From: a virus
IMG/VR virus record: IMGVR_UViG_3300031234_000818
Length of the DNA stretch: 64,000 nt
Reading direction: 5' to 3' (one strand)
The notes below the pieces were generated by a model. The model had not been told where the DNA came from. It did no database searches and saw only the letters and a program-made list of their open reading frames with translations. The first letter of the stretch is position 1; the number at the start of each line of letters is the position of its first letter. The position numbers and the translations under genes are program-made. Below, one piece after another: positions 28,900 through 45,504 of the stretch.

Positions 28900-29493
28900 A
28901 CGCGCCCTCGGGCGGCGGCGACCAGGAAGGCGCGCGCGCGGCGAGGGCGTAAGATGCCGGGAGAGGCAAGGCCCATCGTACGGGCGGCGCGGGCGCGCGT
29001 CGAGGTCGATCGTCAGCGAATCGTGATGGCGCGCCGGCCGAAGATGGTCCACCCGGATTCGTTGTGGTAGGTGACCTCGACGTCGACGACGCGGCCCAGG
29101 TACTTGCGGAGGTGGCGCAGCGTGCGGCGGGTGGGGCTGAGCGGGCCTGTCCAGTCGCTGCCAGGGCGTCGGAACGGGATACGGTGGTCGCGCCCGCGCA
29201 GGCGGAGGGTGACGAAGGCCGCGAGGGGGTCGACCTCGATGAGGCTGGCTGTGATGCCTTCGCGATGCAGATGCATCGGCCGAGCGCCATCCGGGAAGGA
29301 TCCGGCGGTCGGTTGTCGGCGCGTGGCGAAATGCATGGCGTGGGCCGAGAGTTTCTAGCACACCGGACGACGGGTTGTGCTCTTTCTCTGGACAGCTACG
29401 ACCGGTAGTGCTCATCTCGCTGACGCCTCGCGCGTTGGTGTGGGGCGCAGCTCACTCGGACGAGGCGTCCGAGTGCACATGGAGAGATGAACG

Positions 29494-33984
<4,491 letters not shown>

Positions 33985-34027
33985 TGGACGTGCTGGAAGC
34001 GCGCCAGAAGTCGCTGAAGGGGAGATA

Positions 34028-37000
34028 ATGCTCCGCTGCGAGTCGTTTCGCCGCGAGGTCGCCGATCTGCGGGACAGGCTGAGTCTTCAGGAGTTGATAG
34101 ATCATCTGCACAACGAGTGGAGGCCGCGAACACAGGCGCCAATGCGGATCCCGGCAACGGCGAAATGGTACGCTCCTGGCTGCCATCGTGTGCAGCTGAT
34201 GACGGCGGCGCATTCCGTGGACGCGCACGAGGAATACACACGGGAGCACGCGCGGCGAACGTGCGAAGTCTCCATACCTGCCACAAGGTCTCGCGGCGCG
34301 CGGCCATGATACGGCTCATAGCGACGCTCTATCTGTCGGTCGGCGCGATGTGTCTCGCGTGGGGCTGGTCGCAGCCAGGGGTCCTGGAACTGATGCGACG
34401 GCGCAACGACAAGTTGCCACCTGTCGGGCGCTGGGTTTCGTGGATTGTGGCCATCCTGGTCGGTCTTCTGTCGTGGCCGATCCGGATCGCCGCTATCCTG
34501 AACCCGCAGGGTGCGTGGCGGGAGAAGATACTGTCGAATTTTCGTCGGGAATTTCTGGACCGCGACGATCTTCTCAAACCGAAGATACCGGTGCGTTCGT
34601 GCGAGAAGCATGGTCGACCATTGCGATGCGTGCACGTCGACTGCGCGAAGTGCGGCCAGGTCATTCACTGGCCGGTGTGCGACGACTGCCCGCAACCAAT
34701 CGCCTCGGCGTCGTGGGTATGCGGGCGGTGCGGGTGCTGATGGCTCGCGGCTGGAAGGACGGTGATGGAATGCTGCTCATGTTCCACGACGATGGCTGTG
34801 GCGAGCTACTGGACGACGAGGGCAAGTGCCCAACCTGCGGATTTCATCCCGACATGCAGAGCACTTCTTTCAGGGATGTCCCCGTCGAGGAGCTTCTGAC
34901 GATGCGCGGGCGCACTTTTCTTGGAGAACATCGCGCGCAAGTACGCGGCGGAACGAATGTCGAGGAGTGACGCCGTGGGGCGAAACATCTGTCGAACATG
35001 CGGGGAGTACGAGGACGACTGCGTGTGCGGGGACGCGGCGGCCAAGCTCGCGAAGTGGGAGGCGTACCCGCAGAGGTTCATCTGCCCCGACTGCGGCTTC
35101 GGGGTGAAAGCCGACGAGGACGGCTGCTGCGCCACCTGCGGAAGAGACTGCGCCCTGGTCGCGGTCCTCGTCGAGCCGGAGGAGATGTCGCCAAGCGTCG
35201 TGTCGACATCAGAGCAGGAGAAGCTCTTTGGATGAGCTGATGTCAGCTGCTCTGGGCGTGCCTGTCGTTGTGTCCGACGAGGCGCCGCCGAAGCCCGTGG
35301 GCTACATGCGGCGGGCCGTAGCCGGGCCCCGCGATCCGGACGACGTGGCCGTATTCCTCAAGGGCCACAAGGGGCTCGATGTCGAACTCGTGCGGTACGG
35401 GTCGCGCGGGTACGCCGTGCGGGAACGCGGCGGCGGAGCGCACTTCGTGGTCGACGCCAGCGGCGCGATCTGGCGTCTGAAAGCAGAATGAAGCGAGAAG
35501 ACGTTCCCCTAGCGGTCTCGCGCCTGATGGGCGATCGGCCCGTGCGCTGGGCCAAAGCCGGCACGTTCATCCCCGCGTACGACGGTCACGACCGCACGTT
35601 GGAGGTCTTCAACGCCGAGGCCAAGGACCAGCTCGATCTGGTGAAGTCCATGCGGTCGAAGAAGAAGGCGCTGGAGGCGGCGGCCGAGGGTCCGCTCACC
35701 ATCATCTTCCACTCCGTCAAGCCGTCGGCCGAGAAGCACGGAGACTTCCTGCTCGAATTCGGGGCGCGCGCCCGTGTGCCTGGTGTGCCGGAGGTGCAGC
35801 GGGCCGCAGGCCGGACCGAGATGTACATCTTCCCGATGGTCGCGGAGATCAAGGCGGTGGGGACGCCACAGAGCTTCGACGTGTCGACCACGATGAACAT
35901 GGTTGGGTGCTTTCGTGCGACGCGAGCAATGACGGTCGTCACGAAGCCCGGCGTGGTGTTCTTCGACGGCATCTCGTTTGCTGGGCAACCACAGCTACTC
36001 GTGGAGTTCGATGCGTACTGGTGGTCCCACGACTACTACGAGAAGACGCTGAAGTCCTTGATGCGCGAGTACAAGTGCAAGACGCACGACGCGCTGTACC
36101 GCTACTTCGACCGGCGTGACTGGGATCTGCCCGATCCGCGAAAAGTTCTCCTTCCGACACTTGTGAGCGGCGAGTCGGTGCGCATGATGGGTCGGTACAC
36201 CGGACAGGCTGCTGGCGTCCCCGGCGACAAGAATCCAGGCGAGCCATTCCAGTTCGCGCTGGCGTTCACAGGGCCAGGGTCATCCAGAACGTGACCGGGT
36301 CCTTGTCGCTTGCGAACGTCGGTGGTACGTAAGACACCGTGTCGGACACGTCGCAAGAGGAACCGCAGTTCTGCATCCGCGTCGTGCGACCGGACGGTTC
36401 CAGCGAGTACGCGCTGCGGCTGAGCGGGCCGTTGGAGCTTTGGCGCGGCTCCAAGCAAGAGGCGGAGTTGTACGCCGCAGAACGGCTTCGACTACACGGT
36501 CCGCGAAGGTTTCGTTACGTCGTCGAGCCACTTCCGCCGCGCTTCCACCATGCGGCCGACGGAGAGAAGACGGCGAGCGAGGTCTGAATGGGACACATCG
36601 GCGAACTCCTGGTGGTCCTCATCGTCAGCACGCTCGCGCTGGGCGGTCTGGTCTGGTGGATGCTGCATCCTGGTCCGGCCATCCGATGGCTACCGCTCGC
36701 TCCCAGCTACACGTTTGTCGCCATGTTCGGAGCTGCGTACAACGCCATCGTGGAGCGCTGCTGGTGGGCAAGCGCGTTCTGTCTGTGCCTCGCCGTCGTC
36801 TTTCGGAGCGGCCGCTGGTTGCAGTCCGACAAGGGCGTGCCTCAGGAGGTGCTCGTCGTGGGCACAATGGTCGCCCTCATGCTCGCCAACGGCGTCTGGC
36901 TTCTGGCCGGTCACCCGGGCGTCCCATGATGGCGGACCGCAGAGACGCCGTGTCGGACGCGTCGCAACAGGAGATCGGGCACTCGTCGACTGAGATAGCT

Positions 37001-37228
37001 CGGGCCGAAGCCGCGGAGACCGCGCAGGCATGGGTACGCGCCGTGGATCTGGTCGATCGGATCGTCGCCGACTTGCGGGCGGAAGCGGACAAGTGGGACA
37101 AGAAGTCCATGGTGCCCGGGACCGCGGACGATCTGCGACGCCGCTACATGAAGCTGCACGAAGAGCTACGCCGATTGGCCAACAAGTACGAGAAGCTGGC
37201 CGACAAGATGGATGACGACGGAAGGTGA
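34028..37228 (+). other. Rightward cluster of hypothetical genes, including membrane proteins (34306-34740, 36588-36929) and 35488-36294
   Basis: Overlapping start/stop packing; hydrophobic segments. Confidence 0.55.
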
Positions 37229-37748
37229 GGACCGATTGAGCGAAGAAGAAGTAGTGGACCCATGGGCGAAATGGATACCGCGCCTCACCGTTCTGGGCGT
37301 GCTCGCGGGCATCCTGTTGTTCTCGTCCCTCGTGTTCCGTGGCTGCTGCGTAACCTTCGTGGACAGCTACGAGGTGGGCTACAGCTACGACCTTCGAAGC
37401 GGGCAGCTGAGCCACCTGGATCGCACGGGCTACATCCTTCACTCCCCGCTCGTCGACATCCACACGGTGGATCTGCGTCCCATGCAGGTGTGCATCAACG
37501 CGAACGCGCGGGTGCTCAACTGCAAGCTGGTGCAGTTCAATCCGGCGGGGCTCGATCTCTTCCTCTCTTGGCACGGGCGGGCCAACTACGAGGCAACAGC
37601 TCTCAACCCGAACTACGAGGCAACAGCTCTCAACCCGATCCTGATGAGCTACGCGTACGACGGCTCGGGCAAGAACTACCCGTTCCTGACGGTGATCCGT
37701 GAGCTGAAGCCGGAGGAGGCGGTGGCGCCCGCTGTGAGCGCCAGGTGA
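37212..37748 (+). CDS. Membrane-anchored protein, SPFH/Band-7 N-terminus-like (paralog 1)
   Basis: TM helix then FVDSYEVG; shares motifs with the next gene. Confidence 0.6.
   Translation: MTTEGEDRLSEEEVVDPWAKWIPRLTVLGVLAGILLFSSLVFRGCCVTFVDSYEVGYSYDLRSGQLSHLDRTGYILHSPLVDIHTVDLRPMQVCINANARVLNCKLVQFNPAGLDLFLSWHGRANYEATALNPNYEATALNPILMSYAYDGSGKNYPFLTVIRELKPEEAVAPAVSAR
37584..37637 (+). repeat. Perfect in-frame 27-nt tandem duplication (NYEATALNP x2)
   Basis: aactacgaggcaacagctctcaacccg at 37584 and 37611. Confidence 0.95.
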
Positions 37749-38215
37749 AGCCGCGGTGGGCAGCGCGTGCCTGGCGTCTGCGTCGGCTTGCTGTGCGTGC
37801 CAGCCCGGTGCTGGCGCTCGGCATCGTCTACCTGTCGAGCGTCAACTACGTCGATTCGTACGAGGTCGGCATCGCCTGGGACCGCGCAGCCGGTACCTGT
37901 GTGCTGCAGGGGCCTGGTGTGCACTGGACAGCGCCATGGGTGTCGGTCTCGTGCGTGGACACGAGGCCGCAGCGCGTGTGCGTGTCGACGACGGGCAAAG
38001 GCTTCAGCTGCAAGCTGGTGGCGTTCGTGCCGGGGGCGTACCGGGAGTTCGTGGCGGTGGAGGGGCACCGTTACTACTGGCTGTCGAACCGCGTGTCCTT
38101 CAACCTGGGCTACGACGAGGAGTACCGCGGGATGAAGGACTTGCTGCGTGGCTACGCGTACGGCGCGACGGCGTACCCGTTCGTGGTGACGCTGAGGGAC
38201 CTGTCGGCCCCATGA
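37745..38215 (+). CDS. Membrane-anchored protein, SPFH/Band-7 N-terminus-like (paralog 2)
   Basis: YVDSYEVG, VDTRPQRVC, CKLV, YAYG..YPF shared with paralog 1. Confidence 0.6.
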   Translation: MKPRWAARAWRLRRLAVRASPVLALGIVYLSSVNYVDSYEVGIAWDRAAGTCVLQGPGVHWTAPWVSVSCVDTRPQRVCVSTTGKGFSCKLVAFVPGAYREFVAVEGHRYYWLSNRVSFNLGYDEEYRGMKDLLRGYAYGATAYPFVVTLRDLSAP

Positions 38216-38718
38216 GCCGCTTATCCCGCATAGTCTGGCGCACGTTGAAGCCGATCCGGAGCGAGTTCCGGCCGGATGTGGTGCACCCGGCTGGCAGCGA
38301 AGGATGGCCGGTGACGCCGATCGATGCGAAACTCGGCGTGTGTCTCTTCGAGATCCGCGTGCCGGACGACCAGCTCGTGGGCGGGGCATCCTACGACGTC
38401 GTGACGGTTGACGTCTCCGATCTGGAAGTCGACGACTCCGCCCCATGGGCGATGGCTCCAGCGCGACAGGCGGGGGAGGCGTTCAAGTCGTTCGACGGTC
38501 AGGCGGCCAAGAGCGTGGGGGTGCGCATCGTTCTCTCTCGGATGATGGCGCCTCTCGATCAGTACGACGTGAAGGACGCGGCCTGCGCCAAGGCGTTCGC
38601 GGCGCGGACGCCGGAGGAGTACGAGGCGGCGCATGTGGCGATGCGCGCGGCGTTCCCGGAGATCGCGAAGAGCTACGCGTGCGACTGCACGGCATGCCGC
38701 AGGACTGACGCGAGCTGA
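38212..38718 (+). CDS. Hypothetical protein
   Basis: ATG 38212 overlaps the upstream stop. Confidence 0.55.
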   Translation: MSRLSRIVWRTLKPIRSEFRPDVVHPAGSEGWPVTPIDAKLGVCLFEIRVPDDQLVGGASYDVVTVDVSDLEVDDSAPWAMAPARQAGEAFKSFDGQAAKSVGVRIVLSRMMAPLDQYDVKDAACAKAFAARTPEEYEAAHVAMRAAFPEIAKSYACDCTACRRTDAS

Positions 38719-38729
38719 GGTTGCTCACG

Positions 38730-40272
38730 TCACTTCTGCTTGCGCTGGCGGCTGGGGGCGAGCGAACCGGCGCTCGCTGCCTTACGGCCCGTTTCGCAGT
38801 TTGAGCACGTGGGGATGTTGAATACCCCTGCAGGTACGCACGTCCCCTCTCCGCCGCCATCGTCGAGCAGGACGGTGCACGGGGCGTCTGGCGTGCACCG
38901 GCAGCGTGGGCACGGTCGCGCACCGGGCAGCCAGGTGGACTGCGGGAGCTGGGCGGGTACGGCGTCCCACGTGAGAGTGTTTCGTGTGTGCATGTTGGCA
39001 CCCTCGCCGTCCTCGCTGATCGACACCGTCGCGCCGCCGCGAGTGACGTAGGCGCAGCGCGCGGCGAGGTCGCGTACGGCCTCGTTCTGGATCAGACGGT
39101 AGTGGACGAGCTTTCTGCCATCGCGCGTCTCGTTGGCGACGACGGATACGAGACCGAGGGAGGCCACCCGCGCGCCGATGTGGCGCGCGGAGCCGCGCGC
39201 TGCGAAGAGCCCCTTGAAGTGGTGAGCCATGGCCAGGAACTCGACGACCCCCTTGCGGATGCGAGCTGGCCGATGTCCTGTGAAGCTCAGTGGTGTGACC
39301 AGGTGGCCATTGAGCGCGAGCCAGCGTCGTCCATTGGCGAGTGTGACGGTCGACTGGACGAGGCGGTCCGACGTTGCAGGCGGCATTGCTTGAGGAAGAG
39401 GGCGCGCGCGTTGCGCGTTACGCGCTGGTCTTCAGTGCGCGGCCCGACAAGAGGCGCCGGGCTGCGTCGGCCGCTTCCTTCGTAGGGCAGCTGGCGATAA
39501 TTTCCGGGCATCCGGGGTTGCCTCGGTAGACGTGGTGAACCTCCACGACGGTACGCTTTCGTCGCCGCGTCTCCGTGAACTGATGCAGCCTCTCTACCAT
39601 TTGCGGCTCCCTCCGAGTGTTTGCGAGCACCTATTCTGCCTTCGTCTCCTGCGCCGCCGCGCGCACGTCACGTCGCCGATCAGCGCAGACATGCCCCGGC
39701 CGCATGACGAAATCGCACAACGGGCACGCGGGTACGCCCAGCAGTTGAGCGGCCAACCGGAGAGCGGCCGGGTTCTCAGCTGCCACACGCGCGAGCGCGC
39801 GCACAATCTCGACGTCGTGTTGTTGCTTGGTCTCGAACATTGTCACGTACTCCGTCTGTCGTGTGGCTCCGCGCCCAGGGCCGCGGGCGCGTTACCGCTT
39901 CTTGCTCAACTCCTCCGTCTCTCCCATGGTCAGGTTCATCGACACGATGTCGAGCACGTTGCTCGGGTAGTCTGGGTCTTGCTTGTTGTAGATGCGGTTC
40001 GCCTCGCGTCCGAGCATGCCGGCGATTTCTCGTCGCTCGTGCTCGCGTCCCTTGATGAACATGGGGTCGTGGTCGCGTTCCCATGTCTGACACGTCGGGC
40101 AGATCAGTTCGGGAGGTGGCGGCATGGGACCGACGTACGTCGTGCGAGGGAACGCGTCGTTGGCCGAGCGTTTCGATTCCTTGTCGCCGCACACGGGCAG
40201 AAGGTTATGACCTTCGTAGGCGTGCAGCGGCTTCCCCGCGTGTACCTGCTCCCATCCGAGCATCGTCGTCAC
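38730..40272 (-). other. Leftward cluster of hypothetical genes (38730-39386, 39418-39630, 39631-39846, 39892-40272)
   Basis: Abutting minus-strand ORFs. Confidence 0.55.
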
Positions 40273-40331
40273 CGCTTCACCGTGACCATGGTTCCTCCGT
40301 TGTCAGTAGGCGTTCAAGCCTACGTCAGCCT

Positions 40332-40505
40332 TCATCGAGCGATCCGCGCTTCGACAACCTTGCAGCCCTCTTCGACCAACATCTTGATCACGGCGGCGCG
40401 CGGGATCTTGACGCCGGTCTGCTTCACCAGGGCCACGCGGATCTTCTCCAGGCGGGCTTTGGTGCCTTTTTCGAACCGGATGCTGAGGATGTCGGTCGCC
40501 GCCAT
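40332..40505 (-). CDS. Ribbon-helix-helix-like DNA-binding protein (57 aa)
   Basis: ILSIRFEKGTKARLEKIR...IPRAAVIKMLVEEG (beta-alpha-alpha pattern). Confidence 0.7.
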   Translation of the reverse strand: MAATDILSIRFEKGTKARLEKIRVALVKQTGVKIPRAAVIKMLVEEGCKVVEARIAR

Positions 40506-40592
40506 CGCTACATGGTAGCTCATAGGGCTTCGATGGGTAAGCTTGTGGCTGGATCGCCAGAACCGTGCCAGAATGGGCTGGGTACAGCGCAC

Positions 40593-40666
40593 GTTCCTTG
40601 AAAACCCCCGCGTCGTGGTCCGCTCCTGACGATAGCGCCCACGCTCCCCTCGCTTGCGAGGATGCC
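40593..40666 (+). repeat. Leader-like 74-nt segment, duplicated at 52575-52649
   Basis: gttccttgaaaac..ccgcgtcgtggtccgctcc...cctcgcttgcgaggatgcc in both places. Confidence 0.9.
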
Positions 40667-40734
40667 ACGCTACCTTGCTACCGCGCGTGCGTGGATGGGC
40701 CGCAGTTCGACCGGAGTCACGATCTGAAGGACAG

Positions 40735-41228
40735 GTCGTGCCCGCGCGTGCGCGGATGTGCCGCAGAGGCAGTAGCGTCGGCTGGATGGGCACACGTCAA
40801 GCCCGCGCGTGCGCGGATGTGCCGTCTCTCGCGCAGTCGCTTCTTCCGCTCCGGCAGTCGAAACCGTGCGAGCGCGGATGAACCGAAGCGAGCCACCAGA
40901 GGACGTCTGAGACATCCGGGCTCATTTGCCAGGAAAGATGAGTAGTTTCGAAGTGTCGTGCCCGCGCGTGCGCGGATGGACCGGCCCCTCACGACCGACC
41001 CCCACGGTTCTTCGGGTCGTGCCCGCGCGTGCGCGGATGGACCGGCAGCGCCCAACGGTCGCGAGGTTACGTGTCGCGTCGTGCCCGCGCGTGCGCGGAT
41101 GGACCGTCGGGCCGATTCGCCAGGTCATCGATCCCGTTGTCGTGCCCGCGCGTGCGCGGATGGACCGTCCAGACTGTCGTTCCTGTCAGACCTGTTGAGC
41201 GTCGTGCCCGCGCGTGCGCGGATGACCG
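40735..41228 (+). CRISPR. Well-formed type I-E-like CRISPR array block
   Basis: 29-nt GTCGTGCCCGCGCGTGCGCGGATGGACCG exact at 40955, 41016, 41078 and 41139, variants at 40735, 40796, 40857 and 41201; unique 32-33-nt spacers (one 69-nt gap). Confidence 0.92.
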
Positions 41229-41298
41229 CGCGGGTACCTGGATACCACGGGCTCCTCCCTTTGAGGCGCCGGGCCGCCTAGGATGCTACGGTCGTGGT

Positions 41299-41481
41299 GT
41301 GGGAGACATCGTCGAGTCGTTGCCCGAGGGCTCGGACGTTGCCGTGATCGTCGCGGCTGGTGACGAAGCCTTCGCCGCCTTCGACATCGACGAACAACAA
41401 GTGGCAGAGCTTCTTGCCTCGATCGAAGAGGCGGATTGCGGCGAGTTTGTTTCCCTGGATGATGTGCTGAAGTCGAGGTGA
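41299..41481 (+). CDS. Small antitoxin-like protein inside the array
   Basis: C-terminus LASIEEADCGEFVSLDDVLK resembles addiction-module antitoxins. Confidence 0.45.
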   Translation: MGDIVESLPEGSDVAVIVAAGDEAFAAFDIDEQQVAELLASIEEADCGEFVSLDDVLKSR

Positions 41482-44020
41482 CGACGCGCTCGCGGTCGTT
41501 AGTCGTTCCGCGTGCGCGCGATGGATCGTCGAGCAACTGGAGGATGAGCGTCGCCTCGTGCTCCTGCCTCGCACGCGCGGATGAACCACCGCGCAGGCGG
41601 CTCTCCATGTCGGGGTCGGTGTCGTTCCCGCGCACGGCGCGGATGTTTCGGGCCCATTGGGGAAGAGCGCGCGATGGCGTCGTGCCCGCGCGTGCGCGGA
41701 TGGACCGGCGTACCTCGTGCACGAGCGCGTGAACCGGATCGTCGTGCCCGCGCGTGCGCGGATGGACCGAGGAGGTCACGTGGGAGGAACTCCCCGACGA
41801 CGTCGTGCCCGCGCGTACGCGGATGGCCATGTCCATGGTGCCTTGCCGTATGGGCCCAGCCACACGTCGTTCCCGCGCTCGCGCGGATGGGCCGTACCCT
41901 CGTGATTGGCGTGCGACGAACACGTGGCCCCGCGCTTGCGCGGATGAACCGTTCCAGACGAAGGTGCTCGAACACCTTGGGCTCATCGGTCGTCGGTGTC
42001 CCGCGCACGCGCGGATGAGCCTGACTTTCCGCTGATCGTTGGGACGGACAGACACACGCCATTCCGCGCGAGCGCGGATGAACCGAGCCAGCCTGCCTTC
42101 GTACGAACGCATCGGTCTCGACGTTGCTCCCGCGCGTGCGCGGATGAGCCGAACTCACATCGGGCGGCGACGAGTGAACAACGGCCGCGCGTGCGCGGGT
42201 CGGTCGGCGTTCCCGCGCGAGCGCGGATGGATCGGACCACCCGAACGACATCGACGGGCAGCTGTGTAGGACGCCGCGCGAGTGTGGATGGGCCTTGCCG
42301 GTGGTCGTTGTCGCTCAGGACGATGGTCGTCGCTCCCGCGCGTGCGCGGATGGGCCGCAACAGTGAAACTGAGCGTGCGGCGTTGGCTCGCGTCGTTCCA
42401 GCGCGAGCGCGGATGAACCGTCGTCGCGGAGATGCGCGATGGTCACGGCGATGTTACTGCCGCGCGAGTGCGGATGGGACTAGGCCACCTCGCCAAGGCT
42501 CCGCACTTCAACATGGCCTCTCCCGCGTCCTCGTGGATGAACCGCCAAGCTCGCCTCGATGCGCGATGATGTCGATGAAGTGGCTCCCCGCGCCAGCGCG
42601 GATGAGCCGCGCGGGATGGACATCGCCCATCGTGTGAGTAGCGTGTCTCCCGCGCCAAGCGCGGATGAGCCAAACGCCGATCGCGAGATGGTCGAGCTTC
42701 TTCACGCGCGAGCGCGGATGCGCCGCTTCGACTATGCGACTATGCGACCGAGGGTGCCTGCATTGCCTCCTCTTCCGCGCGTACGCGCGGATGAACCGGC
42801 CTCCGGACCGATGGGGCCACGTGCTCCAGAGAGCCCTCGCTCCGCGCGGATGGACCGGACGATGTGGTCTACACGCCGCCACGCTATCGTCACCGCGCTT
42901 CGCGCGGATAGACCGGCTCACGAGGTGCCTGGCGGATTCAAGTCGCTCGTCACCACCGCGCTTACGCGGATGAACCGATGCTCTGCCACCTCTGGGCCGA
43001 GACGCGATCCTTCGTCTCGTCGGCACTGATACCCAAAGCGACCATCGCGTCGAAGCGTCGAACACGTGACGTGACGACGTGACGGTGGTGGCTCAGTGGC
43101 GTGGCCGCGCGCGCGCGGATGGACCGACGACCTTGTCAGGAAGCCAGCAGCCGATACCGTCTCTCCCGCGTGCGCGTGGATGTACCGAAGTAGCCGAAGT
43201 CGACGAGTTCGGTCTCGACGCCGTTCGTGTCTACCGCGCCCGTGCGGATGAACCGTACCGCCGCATGTTCTTCGCGGCCCAAGCCTACAAGCCGCCTAGC
43301 TCCCGCGCTCGCGCGGATGTGTCGCGCGGCGCGTTCAGCGGGCGGACCGGATACTGGTCACCTGTCGTGGCCGCGCTCCGCGCGGATGGATCGTGGGCAG
43401 GGCGAGTTATCTGGCCGGACTCACGTGACCACCGCCCGCGTCAGCGTGGATGCGCCCTCGGGGATCTAGCAGGTCGTGCACAACGGTCGTGCCGCGCGCG
43501 CAGCGCGGATGGACCGCCGAGTACCCACCAGGCCGTACGATCCGCCGTTCCGCGGCACGGCCCACCTTCAGCGCCACCGATTGGGAGCGTTTTTTCCGCG
43601 CTCCGCGCGGATGGACCGTACCGCGTGTTGAGGTAGTTGCTGATGGATGGACCGTCCGACAGGACGTGCAGGCAGTTGTGTGACGGTCTCCGCGCGTCGC
43701 GCGGATGAACCAGTGAACCGGTGGAGCGTTCTCAGTGCCCGTCGCCTATGGTCTGCGTTGCCGGCCGGCGTCCCCGTGCGCGCGCGGACTACCTTGGTGG
43801 AGCAGCTGTTTTGAGCCCCATGCCCCCATGCCCATGACGACGTTTGGTCGCACGCCTCGTACCTGCGCCCGAGCGCGCGGATGGACCGAACAGCGGGCAG
43901 AAGACCGCGTCGCAGCTCGTGTCACTCCCGCGCGTGCGCGGATGGTCCGTGGTTCCGACGTCCCAGGCGGCTTGATCCAGTCCCTCCCCGCGCGAGCGCG
44001 GATGATGACCGTGTGGGCGA

Positions 44021-44353
44021 TCAGGTCCATGGGTACCTTGGTCGCCGCCGCGCGGTGCGCGGCCCCTCGGGCAGCCGGAGCACGGCGCGGTCGAAGTCGC
44101 GGGTCGCACTCCGGTACGCGAGCAGGCCGCGGTCGAACTCTTCGTCGGACGCGAGCCATGCGGCCTCGCGTGGCACGCGCTCGGCGGCGACGTCGGCTGA
44201 GCGAAGCTCGGTGAGCGCGGCGCGAACGTCCGGTGGCATTCGCTCGATGACCTCTCCTGGCTGTCCCTGGTAGCGTCGGTAGCGGCGAGACGAGACGAGC
44301 GACGGGTGTCCGCCGCGGACGATGGTGTAGTCGAGAGCGCTCGCTGGAGTCAT
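44021..44353 (-). CDS. Hypothetical protein inside the array
   Basis: 110-aa ORF filling a repeat-free gap. Confidence 0.55.
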   Translation of the reverse strand: MTPASALDYTIVRGGHPSLVSSRRYRRYQGQPGEVIERMPPDVRAALTELRSADVAAERVPREAAWLASDEEFDRGLLAYRSATRDFDRAVLRLPEGPRTARRRPRYPWT

Positions 44354-45504
44354 GGGTCGTAGCCTACCACTGGATCGGCTTTACGCCGCACCGCTTCCAG
44401 GCCGCGTCGACAGTCTCCGCGCGGGCGCGGATAAGCCAAAGCGACCCAAGGTGGTGTGAGCGACGCATGACCGTCATCCCCGCGCGCGAGCGCGGATGAA
44501 CCGCTGACGAAGTCCGCCCATGTTCGAGGTAGGTCATTGCTCCCGCGTGCGCGCGGATGGGCCGACAGGAGTTCACGTGGTGCCACGTTCAGGCGTTCAG
44601 GCTGTTCACTCCCGCGCGAGCGCGGATGGATCTCCGGCCGTGTTGACCGCTGGCCACGTGTCGTCGTCACGAGTAGCTCTTGGCTGCCAGCGTAGTGCGC
44701 GGATGGCTCACGGTACATGGCGCCCACATGCGGGGCATGCGGCATGCGGAGTCGGAATGTGCCAGCGCGATTGCGCGGATGGACCTCGGTACCTCGACGG
44801 ATGGCAGGCATTCAAGAGGGTAACCGCGCGCCTGCGCGGATGATCCGTCGGCGTGTGACGCCTCGTCGGTAAGGCCGAACCTCCACCCAGCGCGAGCGCG
44901 GATGTGCCAAACGGCTGGACGGTGTTGATGCGGAGGATGAGGATGACCGCCATGCCCGCGCAAGCGCGGATGGTTCGTGGTCGCCAGTCGAGCGAGTAGC
45001 GATGTGATGGACCGAAGCGCAAGACGCCAAGGCCCAAGTCGCCAGTCGCCGTACATGCGTGCGGATGAGCCGCGGAATGGATTCGGCCCGATCATGGGAG
45101 CGAGCCGCGTCGTTGCGCGGATGAACCGGCCGGAGAGGTGCTTACCGAGAGCGAGTACGTCGTCTCCGCGCAAGCGCGGATGGAGCACGTTTGCGCAGCC
45201 GGTCAGACTCTCGATTGCTGTTCGTGGGTCCGCGCGTAGCGCGGATGAACCGTCGCCACAACTGCGGGCGGGTGTAGCCAAGCGGTCCGCGTGTGCCGCG
45301 GATGCGCCTTGCCCAAACTCGTGGGCCACGATGCCCAAGACTCCGCGCCACGCGCGGATGGTTTACGCGTGCGTCGGTGAGGGCTTACGTTACGCCGGTG
45401 GTCGACCGCGCGTGCGCGGAGGTGCGGGTATCGCAGTACTGCTTGATACTGGCCGGCGATCAACGTTTCGCTGACGCCATGATGGCGGTAGGCTAGAAGC
45501 AGCC

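Noticed and set aside
42730-43083. Short tandem duplications within spacers (gactatgc x2; acgtg runs)
   Set aside because: Ordinary slippage; no evidence of function.
43258-43296. Spacer reading RMFFAAQ similar to RNR segment RVFFMAQ (self-targeting?)
   Set aside because: Nucleotide identity is too low and too short; likely chance.
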